NCBI GenBank assembly: GCA_964449215.1
Contig: CAYVAH010000014.1
Span: forward strand, 1 to 17,031
Direction of reading: 5' to 3'
Origin: Candidatus Undinarchaeota archaeon
GTDB lineage: Archaea; SpSt-1190
DNA length: 17,031 bases
The notes beneath the pieces are model-generated. The model did no database searches. It was given only the letters and a program-made list of their open reading frames with translations, and was not told the DNA's origin. Positions 1 to 6,411 of this stretch are shown piece by piece. The position numbers and the translations under genes were made by a program. Numbering within the stretch: position 1 is the first letter of the stretch; each line of letters starts with the position of its first letter.

Positions 1-19
1 TTCATACCACCCGGGTGAA

Positions 20-110
20 TCAGCTAGCGAAATTCTCATCACCGAAAGGGGCTGCGCCCCTTTTCAAACCCCCGAGTTTGGGGGGTTTCAGAGTAACTGT
101 GATTCATCCC
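20..110 (-). ncRNA. Box C/D 2'-O-methylation guide sRNA (double guide) with structured insert between D' and C'
   Basis: Minus strand: box C GGGATGA (110-104, one mismatch to RUGAUGA), 12-nt guide ATCACAGTTACT (103-92), box D' CTGA (91-88), 45-nt insert (87-43), box C' GTGATGA (42-36), 12-nt guide GAATTTCGCTAG (35-24), box D CTGA (23-20). The D guide pairs 11 bp with the conserved 23S sequence UAGCGAAAUUC; the D' guide is complementary to the H69 loop GUAACUNUGA. Confidence 0.85.
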
Positions 111-125
111 GAAAAAAGTTGTTGG

Positions 126-878
126 TCAGGGTTTATCAATCTGTGCCTCTCCGAGGTCCCGCCACTCACCGCTGAATATGTACCCGGCGAGCTGGTTTAT
201 GGACGCGAGTTTTGGGAGGACATGCCTCTCCAGGCTTGCGGGACCTTTCGGAATTACTTTGAGAACCTCCGGCTCAATAACGAATGAACCTGCCGATATG
301 AGATAGCTCTCGGACCTTGATGGTTTTTCCCTGAACCCCACCACTCTTGTTCCCCTCATTTCCGGGACGCCGAACTTCTGGGGTTCCTTCCACGTTGTGA
401 GGGCAACAGTTGCCATGACATTCTGGCTGAAGTGGAACCTGTAGAAATCCAGGTAGTCAATGCTCGAGATGGTGTCTCCATATATCAAAAAGAAGCTGTC
501 CTTCAGCAGGTGGGAGGCTTCCCTGAGAGCTCCGCCGGTCCCGGAGCCTTCGTCGTCTATGAACTTGAGTTCCAGTTCCGTTTCGAGCTTTTCCTTCAGG
601 GATCCCGCGTTTTTACCTATGAATACAACGCGCTTGACCCCTACCGGGGCAAGTTTCTCGAGGTGAATGTCCACGGCCCTTTTTCCCCCAAACTCTTTCA
701 ATATGGTGTCTCCGGATCCGGTGAGGATGACTGCGGTTTTTGGCGTGGTTGTCAGGAAGGCCCTTTCGAGGAGCTTTTCAAAAACACCGGAGCGGCTTTC
801 CGATAGGTGTCCCACAAGCCGGTCAGCCCTCTTCAGAAGGCTCTCCTCAAGGGTGAGGCTGATGCGCCTTTTTGTCAT
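126..878 (-). CDS. Ribbon-helix-helix domain fused to a sugar-1-phosphate nucleotidyltransferase-like domain (degenerate active-site signature)
   Basis: N-terminus KRRISLTLEESLLKRADRLV...SRSGVFEKLLE is RHH/CopG-like. The rest has NTP-transferase motifs AVILTG, GTGGAL, YGD, FGV, FREKP, ISAG, SLE, WRDLG. ATG at 878. Confidence 0.85.
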   Translation of the reverse strand: MTKRRISLTLEESLLKRADRLVGHLSESRSGVFEKLLERAFLTTTPKTAVILTGSGDTILKEFGGKRAVDIHLEKLAPVGVKRVVFIGKNAGSLKEKLETELELKFIDDEGSGTGGALREASHLLKDSFFLIYGDTISSIDYLDFYRFHFSQNVMATVALTTWKEPQKFGVPEMRGTRVVGFREKPSRSESYLISAGSFVIEPEVLKVIPKGPASLERHVLPKLASINQLAGYIFSGEWRDLGEAQIDKP

Positions 879-898
879 ACAAAATAATACCGCGAGGC

Positions 899-909
899 TT
901 TATATTTTC
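899..909 (-). promoter_or_regulatory. Putative BRE/TATA box for the RHH-nucleotidyltransferase gene
   Basis: Minus strand GAAAATATAAA overlaps the cmk stop and ends about 20 nt before ATG 878, the spacing expected for a leaderless archaeal transcript. Confidence 0.5.
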
Positions 910-1424
910 AGTGCAACCCTGACAGGCTTTTCAACGAGCATCAGCACCTCACCTATGTCGTAGAACTCCGTGTTCAAAACGAGGTCATAGATGTCAAGCC
1001 TTTCAAGGTCCAGTCCATAAACATCCTTGAAGATTCTTTTGTGTTCTTCCTCTCTTTCCACCACCCTCTTTCTGGCTTCCTGAAGGCTGATGTTGTTTCT
1101 TCCCGCGATCCTCTTCGCTCTGACCTCCAGGGGTGCTGTGAGGTAAATGCGGTAGTCTGCATGGGAGGCCATATACCCCACGAGCCTTCCTTCTATGACT
1201 ATGTTCCCCTTCTTGGAAAGCTCATCTACATGGCTGTCTGCTTCGAGGTGGAATTCCTTCGGTGCTTTTTCGGTGAATTCCTTCACGTCCATCCCGGCTT
1301 CCCTGGCTTTCTGCCTGAAGAAATCCCCAATAGAGTAGTAGCCCACCCCAAGTTTTTTTGCGAGGAGCTTGGCTATGGTGGATTTCCCGGAGCCCGTTGG
1401 TCCGCTGATTGTGACGACAACCAT
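900..1424 (-). CDS. cmk: Cytidylate kinase, archaeal type
   Basis: VVVTISGPTGSGKST P-loop, GDFFR, VIEGRL, IYLTAPLEVRAKRI, YDLVLNT. Start placed at ATG 1424 (GGTGG upstream, 1 nt after the aglB stop) rather than 1460. Confidence 0.92.
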   Translation of the reverse strand: MVVVTISGPTGSGKSTIAKLLAKKLGVGYYSIGDFFRQKAREAGMDVKEFTEKAPKEFHLEADSHVDELSKKGNIVIEGRLVGYMASHADYRIYLTAPLEVRAKRIAGRNNISLQEARKRVVEREEEHKRIFKDVYGLDLERLDIYDLVLNTEFYDIGEVLMLVEKPVRVALKI

Positions 1425-1425
1425 A

Positions 1426-3666
1426 TCAACCACCAAACCTGAAGGTCTTGCACTCCCCATTATTCAGCAGCTCTTCAAAATCTGTGTTGTACCCGTCGAA
1501 GAACCACAGCCGCACGAATGTGGAGTGCATGGAAGCCCTATCCCCAAGGACTGCGAGCTGCCTAGGGAAGACTATGACGGACTGATTGAGGCGGGGAAGC
1601 TTGCCAACACTGGCACTCTGGCAGTAACCTATCGGGTCACAGGCGATGACCCCCTGGTTTGAAAGGCGGGCATATTCATCAATAATCCCGATCCACTTCA
1701 CAGCACCCCCCGTTATGGTCCCGAGTATGTAGGTGGGTTGCTGCCCGATTGTCAGTTCCCCAACAGCCACCGGTCCGTAATCATCTGACACCCCTGTGTA
1801 AACATCAATCATCCCAAACTCGGTCGGAAGCTGTTTATAATACCTTATCTGGTTCAGCACGTTGCTTATGCCCCCGAGTGTGGAGTAGGCCCAGAACTTT
1901 GGCAGCATCTGTGCGTCTATGGTGAAATATGTGAGATTCCAGTCCTCTGCCCAGGCCGTTGCATTTTCATAGTCATCCGTGGCGAAAAAGTGACCTGTAT
2001 ACCAGTTTATTTTCTGTCCCGGCCCCACGTTTCCACCATCTCCGAGGCTCACGGTATTGCCGAGTGTCTGAATCCAGTATCCATAGTCCCACCAGGTTGT
2101 TACCGGCTCGCCCCTGGGAACGTTGAACTCCATCCACTTCGCATTTTCGAACCACGTTGTGGTCAGGCTGGACCCGCCGAGGCTTGCTCTGTAGCCTATT
2201 GCTGAAGGGTAAATCTGGTAGAATGCGTAAAACACGAGGGCGCATCCCACAAGACCAACGACGATGTCCTTGTTCTCGAGGAGGTATTTCATGAAATATG
2301 AGGAACCTATGACCACCCCCACCGACCCGAATATGAAGAGCCGGACTACCGAGAATGTTGAATACATTGAGAACGCCACGATGGAGATGGCGAGGAGTTC
2401 TCTCAAGTCCTCCCTTTCAAGGAGGTCGGGTATCCCGAGCAGGAAAAGTATGACTGGTGTTTGCGTCGGGAAGTCTATGAGGAGTTTGATAGTGGCGAGG
2501 ACAAGTGCCCCGGCATAAACATAGTCCTGTGCGTATGCCCCCGGGTTGGTTGCGAGTTTCCACGCCTTCCGGAGTATGGGAAGCACGAGAAGTGCGATGG
2601 CTATGAAGAAGAAGCTCCCGAACTGGGAGAAAAATTGGTTCCCCTCGAGATCCCAGGTCCACACCGGTCTCTGGTTCTCTGCCACAGTCTGGAAGTGGCT
2701 GATGCTTTTTCCGACTCCCGTTGGGTTGCCGTAACGTGCAATTACGTGCTCTACCACATAGAGCGGACGTCCAAATGCGAGCCATGAACCCGTAGCCACC
2801 ACGATGGCTCCAAGGCCGACAGCGATGAGCAGCCGTTTCCTCCCGTATTTTTTCAGCAGCTCCAGACGATATACGCCGTGAAGAATAAAGCCGAAGAGGG
2901 CGACTCCCAAGACTGCCAATGATACGGGATCCTTGTAGAACATCCTGTATCTCGGTATTGCGATGTGCATGGCTATATATGTGAGATATGAGGAGGATAC
3001 CACCGCGACCTTTTTTGTGTCTTCCCGGAGGGCGAGCAAAACTATCAAAGGGGCAAGTGCGAGGGCGAACAGGATTTTTCCTCCCCATACAGCCGCTATC
3101 ATTCCGAGCGTCAGTCCGGAGTAAATCGCTGGCAGGTAACTCTCCTCCTCAAGTGCCACCGCTGCGAAATACCACCCGAGTATCCCCAGGAAAAACGCAA
3201 GGGGTTCCTTGTCCGCGAAGCCCTGGCTCGTTCTGTACATATACGCGGGTATCATTGTCAGTGCAAGGCTGCTTATCCCGGACATTCCCAGCCTTCTCCC
3301 GAGGAGCCCCATGGCGATGACACTCAGGAGCCCGAAGAGGGCCGGGTAGAACTTCACAGCGGCCTTCAGGTCGCCTGCGAGTTTTCCCAGATAGACCATT
3401 GTGTATGGCAGGGCAGGGGTTAGCTCTTCGGAGGCCCATCCAAATGGGTAATACCTCAGGGGGTCAGGCCCGGCCCAGAACCCGTTCTTCCAGATGCCCT
3501 CCGCAACTCTCCAGAAAAAGTAGGGGTCGAATGCTTTAATGTATGGATTGCCGAGACCAAAAAACCGCGTGTAAACCATTACCACAACTGCCAGCCCTAT
3601 GAGGAGGCTGGAGTCCCACCACCGGAGTGAAAGGAACTTTTTCACCCGCGCTGAGAACGAGTCCAT
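1426..3666 (-). CDS. aglB: Oligosaccharyltransferase AglB (STT3 family)
   Basis: Multi-TM N-terminal part with FDPY, FADKE and TVAE motifs; soluble domain with WWDYG and DK-type DAQMLPK motifs. Start placed at ATG 3666. Confidence 0.95.
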   Translation of the reverse strand: MDSFSARVKKFLSLRWWDSSLLIGLAVVVMVYTRFFGLGNPYIKAFDPYFFWRVAEGIWKNGFWAGPDPLRYYPFGWASEELTPALPYTMVYLGKLAGDLKAAVKFYPALFGLLSVIAMGLLGRRLGMSGISSLALTMIPAYMYRTSQGFADKEPLAFFLGILGWYFAAVALEEESYLPAIYSGLTLGMIAAVWGGKILFALALAPLIVLLALREDTKKVAVVSSSYLTYIAMHIAIPRYRMFYKDPVSLAVLGVALFGFILHGVYRLELLKKYGRKRLLIAVGLGAIVVATGSWLAFGRPLYVVEHVIARYGNPTGVGKSISHFQTVAENQRPVWTWDLEGNQFFSQFGSFFFIAIALLVLPILRKAWKLATNPGAYAQDYVYAGALVLATIKLLIDFPTQTPVILFLLGIPDLLEREDLRELLAISIVAFSMYSTFSVVRLFIFGSVGVVIGSSYFMKYLLENKDIVVGLVGCALVFYAFYQIYPSAIGYRASLGGSSLTTTWFENAKWMEFNVPRGEPVTTWWDYGYWIQTLGNTVSLGDGGNVGPGQKINWYTGHFFATDDYENATAWAEDWNLTYFTIDAQMLPKFWAYSTLGGISNVLNQIRYYKQLPTEFGMIDVYTGVSDDYGPVAVGELTIGQQPTYILGTITGGAVKWIGIIDEYARLSNQGVIACDPIGYCQSASVGKLPRLNQSVIVFPRQLAVLGDRASMHSTFVRLWFFDGYNTDFEELLNNGECKTFRFGG

Positions 3667-3687
3667 TGACCTCCCTAAATACAACGG

Positions 3688-3724
3688 TTTAAAAACTTCC
3701 CCTCACAAAGGAAAGACCTTAATA
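3688..3724. promoter_or_regulatory. Back-to-back TATA boxes of the divergent aglB and topA genes
   Basis: Minus GAAG-TTTTTAAA (3695-3688) ends about 21 nt before aglB ATG 3666. Plus GGAAAGAC-CTTAATA (3718-3724) ends about 21 nt before topA GTG 3746. Confidence 0.55.
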
Positions 3725-3745
3725 CGCCCCGCGACCCAGTTTTTT

Positions 3746-5710
3746 GTGAAACTGATAATCGCCGAGAAGCCGAAGGCTGCCAGGAAGATTGCAGAGGCTC
3801 TTGGAGATGTGAAAACGCAGAAAAGTGGTGAGGCTTATTACTACCGGGTTGGGGGGGTCGTGGTCGCCCCTGCGGTCGGGCACGTTTATGGTCTTGTTCC
3901 CGCGAAGGAGGGATGGAGTTATCCTGTGTTCGATGCGGTCTGGGAGCCAAAATACAAGCAAAAAGGGTTTGAATACACCCGGTCCTACATAAAGAACCTG
4001 AAGGAACTCGGCAAGGAGGCAGATGAGATAATCATTGCCACGGACTATGATGTCGAGGGTTCCGTGATAGGATTCAATATTTTGAAGCACGCCCTCGGGA
4101 TTGAGAACCTGGAACGCGTTAAGAGGATGAAGTTCTCGACGCTCACACCGGGTGAGCTACGCCGTGCTTTCAATGAGGCTCACCCGCACAACCCATTCGA
4201 GGTTGGGATGGTTCGCGCCGGACTGATGAGGCATTATCTCGATTGGTACTGGGGAATAAACCTCAGTCGTGCCCTCACTCACACACACCGGACAGGGGGG
4301 AATTTCAGGGTGCTCAGCACCGGAAGGGTTCAGGGGCCGACTTTGAAAATACTTGTGGACAGAGAAAAGGAGATACGCCGTTTTGAGAGCAGGTATTTTT
4401 ACAGGCTTTTTGCCATGGTCAGGGGGTTCCTGGCTGAGGGTCCGGAAGAGGAGGACGTGAAAAAAGCAGTTTCGGTTTTTTCCTCTCTGAAGCCTCCAGC
4501 TGTGGTTAAGGCAGTGGAGAAGAAAAGGACAAAGATTGATCCTCCTGCACCTTTCAACCTCACGGACCTCCAGACCGAAGCCAGCAGGGTTCTGAGATAC
4601 ACTCCAGCCCGGACCCTCCAGCTGGCGCAGAAGCTCTATGAGGACGGTCTCATATCCTACCCCAGAACATCAAGCCAGAAACTGCCAAAGGAACTTGATC
4701 TGGACGCCATTCTGAAAAAACTTTCTTCCGCTTATCCCTTCGCCACAAAGTTCCTTGGAAAGAAGCCAAAGGAAGGGAAGAAGACGGACCCCGCCCACCC
4801 GGCCATTTACCCCACCGGGGAGTCTGCAAGGGGGAAAGAGGGTCCAGAGGCGAGGCTCTATGACCTTATAGCACGCAGGTTCATGGCGAGTTTCGGGGAG
4901 CCTGCTGTGAGGGAGAGCACCCGGGTTTTCCTGGACATATCCGGTGTGGAATTTTTGATGGAAGGCCGTCGCACCGTGGTCAGGGGGTTCACGGAGTTCT
5001 ACCCGGCGAAGCTTGAAGAGAAGGAAGTGCCGCAGGTGAAGGAAGGGGACACCCTGCCGGTGGAGTATTTCCAGCTTAACAGGGAGCAGAAAAAGCCCCC
5101 CAAGAGGTACACAGCAGCAGGGCTTCTCAAACTGATGGAGAAGCTCAACATAGGCACGAAAGCAACCCGGGCCGGGATAATTGAAACCCTGTACAACCGT
5201 GGCTATATTGAAGGGAAGAGCATCAGGGTGACGGAGCTCGGACAGGCTGTGATTGAGATGCTCGAGTCCACAGCACCCGACGTGGTTTCCGTTGAGCTGA
5301 CCCGCGAGTTTGAGAGTAAGATGGAATCCGTTCACAACGGGGAAAAGGAAATGGAGGAAATTCTGGAGGAAGCGAAGGAGCGGCTGTCTTCCATACTTGA
5401 GAAATTCAAGTCTGCTCCGAAGACCTCCATAACGGCCGGGGCTGTTTCGCCCCCCAGGAAGGCGAGTGGTATGTTCAAGGGAGCGAAATATGCTGGTGAG
5501 TGCGAATGTGGGGGGAAGATATATGCCCTCAAGTCCAAGAATGATAAGAGGTATGCCCGCTGTTCAGGGTGTGGTAAGACCTGGGGTCTCCCACAGAGAG
5601 GGAAGATGAAAATACTTGACGAGACATGTAAGAGGTGCAAGCGCCGTCTGATTGAGATAACGCGAAAGGATGCCCGGTTCCGGCTGTGCATGGAGCACGG
5701 CTTTGATTGA
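3746..5710 (+). CDS. topA: DNA topoisomerase I (type IA, archaeal) with C-terminal zinc ribbons
   Basis: KLIIAEKP TOPRIM start, ATDYDVEG, STGRVQGPTL, catalytic ISYPRT, DPAHPAIYPT, IGTKATRA; C-terminal CECGG...CSGC and CKRC...CMEH. Start placed at GTG 3746 because the longer ORF overlaps aglB. Confidence 0.96.
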   Translation: MKLIIAEKPKAARKIAEALGDVKTQKSGEAYYYRVGGVVVAPAVGHVYGLVPAKEGWSYPVFDAVWEPKYKQKGFEYTRSYIKNLKELGKEADEIIIATDYDVEGSVIGFNILKHALGIENLERVKRMKFSTLTPGELRRAFNEAHPHNPFEVGMVRAGLMRHYLDWYWGINLSRALTHTHRTGGNFRVLSTGRVQGPTLKILVDREKEIRRFESRYFYRLFAMVRGFLAEGPEEEDVKKAVSVFSSLKPPAVVKAVEKKRTKIDPPAPFNLTDLQTEASRVLRYTPARTLQLAQKLYEDGLISYPRTSSQKLPKELDLDAILKKLSSAYPFATKFLGKKPKEGKKTDPAHPAIYPTGESARGKEGPEARLYDLIARRFMASFGEPAVRESTRVFLDISGVEFLMEGRRTVVRGFTEFYPAKLEEKEVPQVKEGDTLPVEYFQLNREQKKPPKRYTAAGLLKLMEKLNIGTKATRAGIIETLYNRGYIEGKSIRVTELGQAVIEMLESTAPDVVSVELTREFESKMESVHNGEKEMEEILEEAKERLSSILEKFKSAPKTSITAGAVSPPRKASGMFKGAKYAGECECGGKIYALKSKNDKRYARCSGCGKTWGLPQRGKMKILDETCKRCKRRLIEITRKDARFRLCMEHGFD

Positions 5711-6394
5711 TCACCTGAAAAACAGGAAAGCCAGGCCGAGCAACCCCACAAAGAGGACGCCAACCATCATTGTGTAGGGTGTGAATCCCAGTTGCACCGG
5801 GGGTTGCGGTTCTTCCTGGGTGCTGTTGCTCAGGGTGCTGTTTGTTTCTTCCATGGGGGTGGTTTCATTCTTTTGTTTTTTACCGTTCTCTTCACCAGTC
5901 TGATTGTTTGTTCCGGTGGTGTTTGTTGTGCTTGCTGTGCTTGTGGTCTGCGTTGTCTCCGGGATTATTGTGGTGCCGCCGGGGCTGCCACCTCCAGAAC
6001 TGCTTCCTCCACCACTTGAACCTCCCCCCGAGCTTCCTCCACTGGGAGGGGGAGCAGGCACGGTGTATTCTGCAGGGGTGCCTGAATTGTTGGCCAGGTC
6101 GAACGCTATGACATTGAAACTGTCACCGACCTTTGCATTGACAGTATAGGATGTCCGGGAAGTCCTGTTCAGGAGGGCATCATTCCTGTAAATCTCATAG
6201 TAAGCTATGCCGCTGCATTCCGGGCTGTCTTCTGCTTCATTCCACTGGAGGGTGCTGCCGACAAGTGTCAGTCCGGTTGGTGCCTCCGGGCTTTTGGTAT
6301 CAATGCAGATTGGCAGGCCGTCCGTTCCTTCGGCCGTTGCACTCGCCAAGATAGAGCAGAGGAACACGGCAGAAAATAAAATGACATGCTTCAT
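5711..6394 (-). CDS. Secreted, C-terminally membrane-anchored surface protein: one FN3/Ig-like module, Gly/Ser and Thr/Asn-rich stalk, TM helix
   Basis: Signal peptide MKHVILFSAVFLCSILASATA; module DTKSPEAPTGL...LQW...SGIAYYEIYRN...VIAFDLANNS; low-complexity linker; terminal hydrophobic helix ending in R. SD GGTGA before ATG 6394. Confidence 0.8.
   Translation of the reverse strand: MKHVILFSAVFLCSILASATAEGTDGLPICIDTKSPEAPTGLTLVGSTLQWNEAEDSPECSGIAYYEIYRNDALLNRTSRTSYTVNAKVGDSFNVIAFDLANNSGTPAEYTVPAPPPSGGSSGGGSSGGGSSSGGGSPGGTTIIPETTQTTSTASTTNTTGTNNQTGEENGKKQKNETTPMEETNSTLSNSTQEEPQPPVQLGFTPYTMMVGVLFVGLLGLAFLFFR
5975..6043 (-). repeat. Gly/Ser linker repeat (SGGSSGGGSSGGGSSSGGGSPGG)
   Basis: Low-complexity coding repeat read from the translation. 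Confidence 0.8.
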
Positions 6395-6411
6395 CGGTGT
6401 CACCCTGAACC

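Noticed and set aside
12..111. H/ACA guide RNA or simple terminator reading of the structured element
   Set aside because: There is no ACA/ANA box after the lower stem. Four C/D boxes with two 12-nt rRNA-complementary guides explain it better.
15..287. 90-aa plus-strand ORF
   Set aside because: It is antisense to the C/D sRNA and the nucleotidyltransferase-like gene, and has no recognisable motif.
3599..3745. N-terminal extension of topA in the ORF track
   Set aside because: It overlaps aglB and the divergent promoters; homology begins at KLIIAEKP (GTG 3746).
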